NCBI RefSeq assembly: GCF_018350175.1
Contig: NC_058368.1
Coordinates: 94,180,001-94,244,000, forward strand
Reading direction: 5' to 3'
From: Felis catus
Lineage: Eukaryota
Length of the DNA stretch: 64,000 bases
Part shown: in pieces, positions 49,329-61,233 of the stretch
How positions within the stretch are numbered: the stretch's first letter is position 1
Layout: every line of letters begins with the position of its first letter
Made by a program: the position numbers and the translations under genes
Notes under the pieces: generated by a model
Told to the model about the DNA's origin: nothing
Database searches by the model: none
What the model saw: the letters and a program-made list of their open reading frames with translations, nothing else

Positions 49329-49835
49329 GATGGAAAATTTCCCGCAAGATGGAAAATTTTTGACAATGACCACCCAACTTCAGCCAAACACCATGGAGAA
49401 AACTGGAGTCCCACCCAATCCTGTCAGCAAAGTCCAAATGGGGAGCCTAGACTTCCATCCTCACCCAGCTGTAATGAGGTGCCCTCTCCCTGTCCTGAAG
49501 ACATCAAAAGAGGCTGAACTAAGAACCTAGATCTCTAACCCGACCCAGCACCTCCTTCCTTCTTCTGCTGGTGTGATGGGCGGTACCCCCTTGCCCTGCT
49601 GGTGTGATGTCAGAAGAGGTCAAAGCAGAAGATTTAAATACGATCCAGAGTCTCATAATACCTCAAAAGTCCAAAATACTCACTAAGAAAATGACCCTTT
49701 GTACCAAAATAAGGAAGATCTCAACTCGAATGAGAAAAAGAAATAAACAGATGCCAATACTGAGATGATACAAATGCTGCTTGAGTTATATGACAAGGAT
49801 TTTAAAACAGCTATCATAAAATTGCATCAGTAAAA

Positions 49836-50276
49836 GGGCACCTCGGTGGCTCAGTCAGTTAAGCATCTGACTTTGGCTCAGGTCATGATCTCACCACTTG
49901 TGGGTTCGAGCCCTGCATGGGGCTCTGTGCTGAGAGTTTGGAGCCTGGACCTGGCTTCGGATTCTGTCCCCCTCTCTCTCTCTGCCACTCCCCCACTCCC
50001 ACTCTGTCTGTCTCTCTCTCAAAATAAACATAATAAAAAGAAATTTTTTATAAAATTGTGTCAATGAGGAGCACCTGGGTGACTCCATCAGTTAAGCACC
50101 CGACTTTGGTTCAGGTTATGATCTCGTGGTTCAAGAGTTTGAGCCCATGTCCAGGTATGTGCTGACAGCTCAGAGCCAGGAGCCTGCTTTGGATTCTGTG
50201 TCTCCCTCTCTCTCTGCCCTTCCCCTGCTTGCACTTTCTCTGTCTCTCAAAAATAAATAAACATTAATAAAATAAA
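49836..50276 (+). mobile_element. Two tandem Can-SINEs (49836-50049, 50068-50276)
   Basis: Separated and flanked by three diverged copies of TAAAATTGCATCAAT. Confidence 0.92.
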
Positions 50277-50706
50277 TAAATTGCATCAATGAGGTTCACA
50301 AACATACCTGAAACAAATGGAAAAAAGAGAACGTCTCAGGGGGAAAAAGATATAAAGAAAAACAGCATAGATGTTTTACAGATACAAATACAATAACTAA
50401 AATTAAAAACTCAATGTATGGGCTCAACAGCACAATGAAGAAGAAAGAGGAAAGAATCAGTAAACTTGAAGACAGAACAATAGAATTACCCAATGTGATC
50501 TGCAGAGAGAAAATAAACTGGAAAACAAACAAACAAAAAAGAGCCCCAGGGACCTATGTGATTACAACAAAATTTCTAACATTTGAAGAGATAATAGCTG
50601 AAAAATGTCCCCAGTTTGGCAAGACAGAGAAGCACATCTATGTGTAAGCAGTCAAGAAGCTACATGAATTCCAAGTAGAATAAACCTAAAGAAAACCCCA
50701 ACAACA

Positions 50707-50929
50707 GGGGCGCCTGGGAGGCTCAGTTGGTAAGTGTCCGACTTTGGCTCAGGTCATGATCTCGCAGTCCATGAGTTCAAGCCCCACGTCGGGCTCTGTG
50801 CTGACAGCTCAGAGCCTGGAGCCTGCTTTGGACTCTGTGTCTCCCTCTCTCTCTGCCCCTCCCCCACTTATGCTCTGTCTCTCCTCTGTCTCTCTCTCAA
50901 AAACGAATAAATCTTAAAAAAAAAAATTT
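50707..50929 (+). mobile_element. Can-SINE
   Basis: TSD AAGAAAACCCCAACAACA. Confidence 0.95.
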
Positions 50930-51244
50930 AAGAAAACCCCAACAACACATCATAATCAAACTTCTAAAACCTAAAGACAAGGAGAAATCTTGAAATCCAC
51001 CAGAAAGAAGCATCACCTCACCAATAAAAGAAAAACAATTTGACTGATGTTAGATTTCCCATCAGAACCCTGGAGGCCCGAAGGAAGGGGCTAATATTTC
51101 TCAAGCGCTGAAAGAACTGTCAACCCAGACTCCTATACTCAGGAAAATATTCTTCAGAAATGATGCAGAAATCAAGACATTGTCAGATGAAGGAAAAGGA
51201 TGAGGATCTGTCACCCGCAGAACTTCCCTTAAAAAGTGGCGACA

Positions 51245-51475
51245 GGGGTGCCTGGGTGGCTCAGTGGGTTAAGCCGCCGACTTCGCTCAGGTCATGATCT
51301 CGCGGTCTGTGAGTTCGAGCCCCGCGTCGGGCTCTGTGCTGACCGCTCAGAGCCTGGAGCCTGTTTCAGATTCTGTGTCTCCCTCTTTCTGACCCTCCCC
51401 CGTTCATGCTCTGTCTCTCTCTGTCTCAAAAATAAAATAAACGTTAAAAAAAATTTTTTTTTAATAAAAAAATTA
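51245..51475 (+). mobile_element. Young feline Can-SINE
   Basis: TSD AAAAAGTGGCGACAGG. Confidence 0.96.
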
Positions 51476-52817
51476 AAAAAAGTGGCGACAGGAAGTTCCT
51501 GAAACAGAAAGGAAATGAAAGAAGGAGGAATCTTGGAAGATCAGGGAAGAAGGAAGAGCAATAGAAAGGGTACAAATATGGGTAAGTACAATACATTCTC
51601 CTTCTCTTGAGTTCCTCAATTATGTTTGACCTAATTATGACAAAAATTAGGACATTGTGTTTCATTGTTTACAGAGGAAGTATTTAAGGCAATTATATTA
51701 TAAAGGGAAGAAACTAGAAGGACTCAAAGGGAAGTAAAATTTCTACACTTCTATAGAACTGATAAAATGTTGTCACTAGTAGACTAAGATTATTTACGCA
51801 TCTGTAATGTTATAACTAGAACAATCATGAAAAAAATTTGTAATAGGAATATACTCCAAAAATGCTAGATGAATCCAAATGGATTTCCAAAAAATGCTGA
51901 CAGGCAAGGAAGGCAAGACAAATGAAACAGAAATGAAAAAACCACAGGGAAAAAAACAATATACAAAAAACAAAATGGTTTAAGCCCTAGCATACCAATA
52001 CATTTTTTTTAACGTTTATGTATGGACAGAGTGCTATCCCACATTCCTCAGAATCCTATGATTTTGTGTCTAAACCTTCACTTGTCCAAATGAAGGCTTA
52101 CATTCTTCGATACACCCAGAATGGTTAAAGACACATTTTTTTCCCCATAATTTTCCATTCCTTTGCCTATTACATGCGTGAAAATGTTCTTCAAAGCCAC
52201 AGACCTTGGAAAATGGAGCAATAGTTAGTCAGGTAGGGTTTTAGTTAACTAAAGCCATGATATAATATTTAGCACTTCCTCAAATCAAAGCTCTCCATAT
52301 ATTTCAGAATTAAATTAAGCCTTTTTTTTTCCTGCCCTACCTCTGCCCCTTAACCAAGTGTGAGGACGATGTGATAATATTACCAAGAAGAGGCACATTG
52401 TGGTTGGAAAGGAATGAAAGAATCTGATCTAAATCCACCTGCAGCACAAAACTTTTCTTTCCCTTTCTTGTGTCATCCCTGAGGTTTGTGAGCTAATTCT
52501 CGAAGACTCATTTCACGTAAAAGGGAATTATATCTATCCTAAGGATTAAACAGGTTTGGTAAACGTGAAGGTATCCAACAAAGAGCAATGTAAACAGAGG
52601 GTGTTAATAGTAGTTTTCTTTCTTCCACCTCAGTGTTCTGTTGGGCAGACAAATCTAGAAATGTTTAGAATGAATGTGACTTTACGTTTTCACATTTTCT
52701 TTTTAATTTTTTAGGAACCTAAGTAAAATTCTGATCCATGGATCACTTAGAGAAGAAATTAGCATATAGTGTTTAGTCTTGTTGATGCTGTCATTCATCT
52801 GTATGGTGACCATTTAA

Positions 52818-53033
52818 ATTTTTTTTAAATATTTAGTTATTTTTGAGAGAGAGAGAGACAGACAGACAGACTGTGAGGGAGGGGTAGAGAGAGAGAGGGA
52901 GACAGAATCTGAAGCAGGCTCCAGGCTCCGTGCTGTCAGCAGAGACTCTGACGCGGGGCTCGAAGCCATGAACCGCGAGATCATGACCTGAGCCAAAGTC
53001 GGACGCTCAACGGACTGAGCCACCCAGGCGCCC
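52818..53033 (-). mobile_element. Feline Can-SINE
   Basis: TSD CTGTATGGTGACCATTTAA. Confidence 0.96.
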
Positions 53034-53036
53034 CTG

Positions 53037-53155
53037 TATGGTGACCATTTAATCTCTTCTATCTGGAATAATTTTGAGAATGAAAGAGAAGAGTATTAAT
53101 ATATTACTCTAGGACATCAGGACTATCATAGAAAAATCAGGATGTATAGTCACAC
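53037..53155. mobile_element. MER94-like hAT-Blackjack MITE
   Basis: GGTGACCAT...TTTTGAGAATGAAAG..TATTAAT..TTACTCTAGGACA...GGATGTATAGTCAC; degenerate GGTGACCAT/ATAGTCAC termini. Confidence 0.65.
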
Positions 53156-53465
53156 ATCAGAAATTGAGCTGTCCCCCAAGAGATAAATCACAAGACATCA
53201 GAGTAGCTGAAACAGAGAGCCCAAAACAAAGACTCCCCAAATTCACTCAAGGTCATGCATTTATGGGAAAAGTCCAGGATTTTTCAGTAGAGCCCATTTA
53301 CTCTTTGGAATGTGATTGGTTTGTTTTGAATAATTAAGAGGTAATTTTTATATAAAATGTATTAACCATGAAAAATATGAATGTACAATATAGGGATTTG
53401 AGGAAAGTCCAAAAATTACACCCTTCTTCTCCTTGAGTTGTTTTGAAATAAAGTTACCCAAAAAA

Positions 53466-53587
53466 GGGGGCACCTGGATGGCTCAGCTGGCTGAGCATCC
53501 GACTTCGGCTCAGGTCATGATCTCACAGTCTGTGAGTTTGAGCCCCACATCGGGCTCACTGCTGTCAGTGTGGGGCCTGTTTTGGAT
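53466..53587 (+). mobile_element. 3'-truncated Can-SINE
   Basis: Head and body present; CT region and tail absent. Confidence 0.88.
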
Positions 53588-55613
53588 GTGATCTCAATAT
53601 CACCTTTATTACTAATAAAGCTGATGCTGGCGCTGATGATGCCTAAGGGGGCTTGTATCTATGGATAAGGAGGCTTCCAGATACCAGAACTAGAATTAGA
53701 TGGCTCCTCTCCCAACAGCACTGGACAGGGCTGTCCTCTGTACAAGGAAGAGGAAGGTGCATGTTCTCTTTGGCAGCTCACCCTCAGGAGGAGGGGAAAA
53801 TGAATAATCTACGCTATGCAAGCCCATTTTCTCCTTCCGAACTCGTGAATCTGATTAAGTGAGGGAGTGGGGAGTTACCTAATGACTGTCTTTCACAAGG
53901 AAGACACATCAGGAGTGTTTCCCAAACATAGTCTCTAGTTTTGTGCTCTATGAGCCATTAATCCTGAGGTGCAGCCACCTGCTTGGGGGAAAATAGCAGC
54001 AGTCCCGTGAGTGACTTGATACCAATGCCTTCCGCTTTGAATAGCATGCTGGGACCACCTATGGGCAGTTTTGATTTAGCCTCCAGAAGGCTCATAAATG
54101 CATCAGAACAATACATTGGGTAGATTAAGGCCAAGGCCACTTTCTACCCAATTCTACCAGGTAACAACCTGTTCTGTTTCCCATCACAAATTCTGAGCAA
54201 CCTCATTGTCCAACATAGTCTGTTAGCGGTTCACAATGATAGGAAATGACAACGTGAGTATAGTCCAACCAAAAATGGTCAACATATTGGTATGAATATA
54301 AACTCCCTTCCAGTAACAGTTCTCAAAGAACAACTGAGGTCTACACACGAAGCCCTACTTATAAGGCAAATAGAAAGCCACTGTGGTTCAAAGGAATTAA
54401 AAGTCCGGAATCAATTTCCCTTGCCTTTCAGTGTGAAAGTTCAAAGACATTAAAGTTCACAATATACCCCTTCCAATTTCTTATTTTATTCAGTCTTGAG
54501 AAATGGATTCTCCATCTTCAGTAAAGTTATGACTCTTCCAGCAGCTATAGCTTAGGCTGCTCCCTGCCATAATTAATGTAGTTCGTAAGAAGGGGTACCA
54601 CTTAACGCTAAATCTCTCACAAACCACCCTTGAAAAAGTCTAGAGTTAATCATTAGTAGGACACATAAGATTACCCTAGCATTGGCCCCACATCTACCAA
54701 ATTTAGAAAATGATTCAATCCCCAGTCCCCATGGCAGTTAGCCCAGAGCCAAATTACATTCCCTGGACTCAGTACTTAGTTTAAACCAAAGAGAGTTGGC
54801 AAGGATCACTGTAGAAATTCAGTGGCACTGAAAAAGAGGAGGATACCTCCTTGGGTTGAGCTACAACAATGTGCCAGAATTTCTTCCACTTGTCGGAAAT
54901 CTGTGCTCTGTGATCTTCAAATCAGTTGGGAAATGTCTCTTGGCAGGAAATTAGTTTTGCAACTCATGAATTTTCTAGACTGGGAGAAAAATCCACTTGC
55001 GCAGACTGTCTTTTGTCACAGGAGGGCATTTAAGATATTGCCGCTTTCAGCAAAGTCTAGAAATGTGACCTGGTGGCATCCTCAGTCTTATTTAAGATGT
55101 CTTTCTTTCCTATCCAATATATTGAAAACTTTCTAAACTTTCATTCCTCCTATAAACTCCATGTTTCTCGTGTTAAAAGGTATTTTGAAAAGAAGCAAAT
55201 ACACGACTGACATACAGATATAAAATGAACAGGTCTTAAAGATTTTATATAACTCCTAGATTAAATGGAAGAGGCAGACAACTGGCTGAGAGAAAGAAGT
55301 CAAGGAAGCACAAATTTTTACAGAGTAAGTAGTGTTGAAATGAATATACAAACGGATACAAACCTGGCTTTTGCGTAGGATCCTTTCCAGGACCGTAGAC
55401 AGGAATTCTTTGGTACTGCCCTCCACTATTTGCAACTTACAAAGTTGTAAAATAGCCACTGGAGAGTCAGAATCAGGGAACCATGAAAAGTGTGTGCTAG
55501 CTGGATCGTGACAAAGTTACATGGGTTTCATAGTTTGGAGCATACATTTTTCCTCACTAGAACCCCATGTGAATTGAAGGCCAGCCCCAGCCAGTTACAT
55601 AGCATTTACATTC

Positions 55614-55827
55614 TTTTTTTTTTTTTAATTTTGTTAACATTCATTTATTTTTGAGAGACAGAGGAGTGGGAGAAGGGCAGAGAGAGAGGGAGGCAAAGAA
55701 TCCGAAGCAGGCTCCAGGCTCTGAGCTGTCAGTACAGAGCCCGAATCGGGGCTGGAACCCACGAACTGCGAGATCATGACCTGAGTCGAAGTCAGACGCT
55801 CAACAGACATAGCCACCCAGGCACCCC
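55614..55827 (-). mobile_element. Can-SINE
   Basis: TSD AGCATTT(A/G)CATTCTT. Confidence 0.93.
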
Positions 55828-56537
55828 AGCATTTGCATTCTTATAAGAGCGGACCTCTTCTGTCTTTGGCCATCGAGGCTGTTTGTACCACCTCTTGCTG
55901 TTGGTCCGCTAGTCCCCAGAACCTTGCCTTCTAATTTGAGCCACATTAAGATCACATGGTTAGGGAAATTCTTGCATCTGTGCTCCAGGCCTGTGAATCC
56001 AAGGTTAGCCCCTTCACAGATCACTCCTTGGGCCTGGATGCAGAATGGAATTGAGACAGCGCGGCCGGTGCTCCCTAGGAAGGTCTGGCACAGTTGAGAC
56101 CCTCTGTGGCACGTGCGCGCACACACACGCACAACTCGCTGCGTCTCACTTCAAAGCAGCTGAAGAACGCTGCTTTAAAAGTACGGCCAAAGAATCGTCT
56201 TCCTAAAATTGGATGGCTGCCTCCGCTCCTCCAGCTTTCAATCCCTCTGAGACCTACTGATATTGCCAGAAGCCCAGGAGGCCAGAGCACACGTGCCTGT
56301 GTAACCCAAGGACCAGCTATAGCCTGCACAGTCAAGCCACCGTTTGGGGACAGTACCTTTGCTGAGGACAATAAGGTCAGTGCCTGCCTGCTCACCAGCC
56401 CCCTCGTGGCTGTCTGCTGAGGCCAACTGTGGCCCTCATATGTTTGCTGGGTTCTCCTCCATTAAAGACAACCACTGGCCTGCGAACAGAGCCTCATATG
56501 CAGCAGTAACCAGCAAGTTCAAAACACACAAGGATTG

Positions 56538-56925
56538 GGGAGCCTGAGTGGCTCAGTCAGTTAAGCGTCTGACAGCATGGAGCCTACTTGGGATTCTCTT
56601 CCCCTCTCTCTCTGCCCCTCCCCCTACTCCTGCTCGCAAGAGCGTTAGCACTCTCTCCCTTCCTCTCTCTCAAAATAAATAAACATTAAAAAAAAGAAAA
56701 CAAAAACAGGGGCGCCTGGGTGGCTCAGTCGGTTAAGAATCCGACTTTGGCTGGGGTCATGATCTCACAGTCCATGGGTTCAAGCCCCGCGTAGGGCTCT
56801 GTGCTGACAGCTCAGAGCCTGGAGCCTGCTTCGGATTCTTTGTCTCCCTCTCTCTCTGCCCTTTTCCCACTACTGTTTCTCAAAAATAAATAAATCTTAA
56901 AAAAAAATTAATAAAAAATAAAAAT
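56538..56925 (+). mobile_element. Two tandem Can-SINEs (56538-56707 with internal deletion; 56708-56925)
   Basis: Outer TSD AAAA(C/T)ACACAAG; second copy sits in the A-rich tail of the first. Confidence 0.9.
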
Positions 56926-57524
56926 AAAATACACAAGAGAAAGAGATGCTCACTTATGTGCAGCAGTTAAAAGTTAATTGTACAATTTTTCAGACTTACT
57001 GTATGAAACCACCGTGGTCAAAAATCTGTGCAACCCAACTTCACCTAAAACTTCTAATACTGCCACTTTGCCACCCAAGTCAATTCTCCTTATTATCTAT
57101 TATTCCAGGTGTGCTGCAAACATGTTTTTGCATTCAACTCGCCCTCTCCAAACTGCAGTTTCATGAGGACCAGGCAAGAAAGGAGTCTCTTCAGCCCAGT
57201 TTCTGCCATACCCTTTGGTTGGGGAGGTACTTCTTGCTTCTGAGAGGCCAGAAGTATCAGAGCTAAATGCGATTTCCTCATATCCTTCACTGGAAATACA
57301 ATGCGAAATAACTACTCATGCAACACAAAGTAATACCATCAGCTAATGATGCATTTCTGTTTTATGTATCACCAAGGTTACCAAAAAAAAAAAAAAAAAA
57401 AAAATTCTGCCCAGTAAGCCATTTATTCCATCAAGGGTAAAGATGCATCCTAATTAGTAGGAAGTAATAAGTTAGAAAGAGAAACAAAGTGAGTTTTAGG
57501 ATCAGTGAAGGCTAGTAGGCATCG

Positions 57525-57735
57525 GAATAACAGCTAAGATTTGGGTGTAGTTACTATGTGCCAGTATTGTCTTATTTAATCCTCATAAGAGCCTCATGGG
57601 GGCAGACACTATTAGTGCTGTTATCCCCATTTCATAGAAGGAAATGAAATAGAGTGGGATTAGTATCTTGCCCAAGGCCAGGTGGGCATTAGATAGTGGA
57701 GCCACCTGTCTGAGTCTAAATCCTGGCTCTTGCAT
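57525..57735 (-). mobile_element. MIR
   Basis: AATAACAGCTAA..TTACTATGTGCCAG..TTTAATCCTCATAA...TTATCCCCATTT...CTTGCCCAAGGCC. Confidence 0.75.
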
Positions 57736-58809
57736 CATGAGAGCTCATTCGGAAAGCACAGGAAACATATAGAAGCAGGAAAGAAAAAACATCATTTGTC
57801 ATCCTACCACTGAAAATCATCACAGATTCGATGCTGTTCCTTCTGGTAATAAGAATAACAAATTTTCTATGAGATGTTTAATCATCAGTCTTGTTGAAGC
57901 AACAGTTTTTATAGGAACCAAATGGAACTGCTAATAAATATAACTCTGAAAGTTCTGTCCAACATTTTGGAACAGTTCTACGATGAGTCCTTTGAATCAC
58001 CAGGTTTTGGTGGGGAATCCCGGCCGATTTTTCCCTTGAGTTGCTCCTCAATGGGTAACTCCGTGCCTTCATTTCCGTGGCTTGCCCCATTTCTATGTGG
58101 GCTTTTCAGAAGGTCACCCATTCATTTGTCAGTACCGAGTGCATCTCCTGAGACCATGGACACTGTAACACGATTCTGCTGAATTCTTGCAGGAAAGGAT
58201 CCCAGACCCCTTGCGACACCATATGGCATACAACCACATGTCACCACAAACGCAGATTTCTGGGCAGCCAGTAGCCTCAGAGGACAAAGCTCTCCCAAGG
58301 CCTTGGCACTCTTGCAACACTGGCCACTGATAGAATGGGCATCTTCATGTGAGAGAACTACCCCAGAGGGCATCTGATGCTTGAAAATGCAAATGTGGCT
58401 CAAAACCTTGTGCAACACACCCAGCAAACCCAGAGGATGAGATGCAGACTAACTATATTTTACAGGGACTAAGTTGGAAGCGTTATGCTGGGTTATTTCC
58501 CCCTTAAGTGCACATAGAAGGAAATCTGCATGGTACCTTACCTGTCAGGGCCTCCAAAGTCCCATACGTGATTGGAAATGGTTATGTATAGAAATAATCT
58601 TGTGGTTGGGCATACATACGTTTTCCCAAACTGGGAGGCAGTGGGAGGGACCTACTCAAATCGTAAAGGCTTGGGAGTTTGGTGAAGAATTTTAATGTGG
58701 AGTTTCCATTGTAAAGAAGAGTATAAAAACCATCTTACTGGTTATAAAGAAATAATCCATCTGTAGTGATAATTCACACCTGAAAAACTTTTGTAGAAGA
58801 CTTTCGTTC

Positions 58810-59004
58810 TTTTTTTGTTTTTGTCTCCTTTTTTCCCTTTGTTCATTTGTTTTATCGCTTAAAGTCCACATACGAGTGAAACCATATGGTATTTGTCTTT
58901 CTCTGAATGGTTTATTTTACTTAGTGTTATACTGTCTAGCTCCTTCCATGTTTTAAAAGTGGCAAGATTTCATTCTTTTTGATAGCTGAATAATATATAT
59001 AATA

Positions 59005-59051
<47 letters not shown>

Positions 59052-59540
59052 CACTTGAGCTGCTTCTATAATTTGGCTATTGTAAATAATGCTGCAATAA
59101 ACGGGTGCATATATTCCTTTGAATTAGTGTTCTTGTATTCTTTGGGTAAATACCCAGTAGTACAAATCCTGGGTCATAGGGTTGTTGTTTTTTCAATTTT
59201 TTGAGGAACCTCCATACTGTCTTCCACAGTGGCTGCACCAGTGTGCATTCCCACCAACAGTGCAAGAGGATGGCATTTTCTCCACACCCTTGCCAACACC
59301 TCGTGTTTCTTATGTTTTTGATTTGAGACATTCTGACAGGTGTGAGGTGATATCTGATTGTGGTTTTGATTTGCATTTCCCTGGTGTTAAGTGACAATAA
59401 ACATCTGTTCGTGTGTCTGTTGGCCATCTGGATGTCTTCTTTGGAGAAATGTCTTCTGCACATTTTTAACTGGATTATTTGGGGGATTTTTGGGGGTTGA
59501 GTTTTATAAGTTCTTGGTATATTTTGGATACTAACAACTT
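58810..59540 (-). mobile_element. 5'-truncated carnivore L1 with internal (TA)n
   Basis: ORF track 59077-59463 ([13 protein letters not shown]...[31 protein letters not shown]). Confidence 0.92.
58991..59049 (+). repeat. (TA)n microsatellite
   Basis: Seen directly. Confidence 0.97.
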
Positions 59541-59963
59541 TTGTTTCTTAAAGTAGTGTTTCTCCCACTGAGGTAAGTGGGTCTAGTCTTGGGATTTTAT
59601 GAGAATTTTTTCCCCTCGGAAAGGTTAATATTATTTTAAAATTTTTTAAATTTAAAAACTTTTAAAAATTTAAATTAAAACTTACATTAAAATTATTTTT
59701 AAATTACAAAATAATTTAATAAAGTTAATATAATTCTTAAATTTGAGAAACATCAGTGTCATACATTACACAAATTTTTTAAACTACAATATCTAACTAT
59801 AATCTGGGATTAGTCCCCCTTTACCTCAGTTTTTCTGTTAAATGAGAACTAATTCCCCTGAGTGAGATGTAAATTCAGGTGAAAATAATATGCTATTGCT
59901 CTTTCAGTGGAAAGATGTGGAATTAGTGAAGGGTGTTAGTCGTTTTAGGCATATATGTAGTCT

Positions 59964-60815
59964 TTTTTTTTTACTTTATTTATTTTAATTTAATTTATTT
60001 TTTTAATTTATATCCAAGTTAGTTAGCCTATAGTGCCAAATGATTTTAGTAGATTCCTTAATGCCCCTTACCCATTTACCCCCCCCGCCTCCCACACTCC
60101 CTCCATTAACCCTCTGTTTGTTCTCCATATTTAAGAGACTCTTATGTTTTGTCCCCTTCCCTCTTTTTATGTTATTTTTGCTTCCCTTCCCTTGTGTTCA
60201 TCTGTTCTGTGTCTTAAAGTCCTCCTATGAGTGAAGTCATATGATATGTGGCTTTCTCTGACTAATTTCATTTACCATAATCCCCTCCAGTTCCAGCTAC
60301 ATAGTTGCAAATGGCAAGATTTCATTCTTTTTGATTGCCAAGTAATACTCCATTGTATATATATATACCACATCTTCTTTATTCATTCATCTCTCGATGG
60401 ACATTTGGGCTCTTTCCATACTTTGGCTATTGTTGATAGTGCTGCTATTAACATGGAGGTGCATGTGTCCCTTCAAAACAGCACACCTGTATCCCTTGGA
60501 TAAATATCTAGTAGTGCAATTGCTGGGTCGTAGGGTAGTTCTAGTTTTAATTTTTTTTTAAATTTTTTTTTCAACGTTTATTTATTTTTGGGACAGAGAG
60601 AGACAGAGCATGAACGGGGGAGGGGCAGAGAGAGAGGGAGACACAGAATCGGAAGCAGGCTCCAGGCTCTGAGCCATCAGCCCAGAGCCTGACGCGGGGC
60701 TCCAATCCACAGACCGCGAGATCGTGACCTGAGCTGAAGTTGGATGCTTAATCGACTGAGCCACCCAGGCGCCCCTAGTTTTAATTTTTTGAGGAACCTC
60801 CATCTTGTTTTCCAG
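59964..60815 (-). mobile_element. 5'-truncated feliform L1 3' end, split by a young SINE
   Basis: TCCAAGTTAGTTAGCCTATAGTG, TTGCAAATGGCAAGATTTCATTCTTTTTGATTGCC, AGTAGTGCAATTGCTGGGTCGTAGGGTAGTTCTA. Confidence 0.9.
60557..60774 (-). mobile_element. Young feline Can-SINE
   Basis: TSD CTAGTTTTAATTTTTT (60541-60556 / 60775-60790). Confidence 0.96.
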
Positions 60816-60879
60816 TAAATGTAGTTCTTGAGTAGGAATGCACAGCCCTACAGAGAACTGAACAATTCAATCTTTTAGA

Positions 60880-61233
60880 AAAAAATTTTTTAACGTTTAT
60901 TTTTTTGAGAGGGAGAGGCAAAGCACAAGCAGGGGAGGAGCAGAGAGAGAGGGAGACACAGAACCGGAAGCAGGCTCCAGGCTCTGACCTGTCAGCACAG
61001 AGCCCGATGTGGGGCTCGAATCCACGAACCATGAGATCATGACCTGCGCTGAAGTCAGATGCTTAACCAACTGAACCACCCAGGCTCTCCTTCCTTCTTC
61101 TTCTTTTTTTTTTTTTTTTTTTTTTAAGATTTTTCTTATCTTTAAGTAATCTCTACACCCGATGTGGGGCTTGAACTTACAACCCTAAGATTAAGAGTCA
61201 CATGCTCTACTGAAGGAGCCAGCCAGGCGCCCC
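60880..61233 (-). mobile_element. Can-SINE (60880-61090) plus short Can-SINE (~61100-61233)
   Basis: Two minus-strand bodies, the first in the tail region of the second. Confidence 0.88.

Larger units (their letters stand above)
48690..52000 (+). mobile_element. Old L1M 5' region (5'UTR + ORF1 remnant) carrying five SINEs
   Basis: ORF1-like LNSTMKKKEERISKLEDRTIE and EEIIAEKCP (50414-50647); ACACATCATAATCAAACTTCTAAAACCTAAAGACAAGGAGAAATCTTGAAA; GAAATCAAGACATTGTCAGATGAAGG. Confidence 0.78.

Noticed and set aside
49817..50294. CRISPR-like repeat-spacer pattern
   Set aside because: The repeats are TSDs and the spacers are SINEs; the DNA is eukaryotic with no cas genes
57878..58427. Cluster of overlapping short ORFs suggesting an exon or processed pseudogene
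   Set aside because: Manual translation of both strands gave no recognisable protein; no poly-A/TSD signature. BLASTX would settle it
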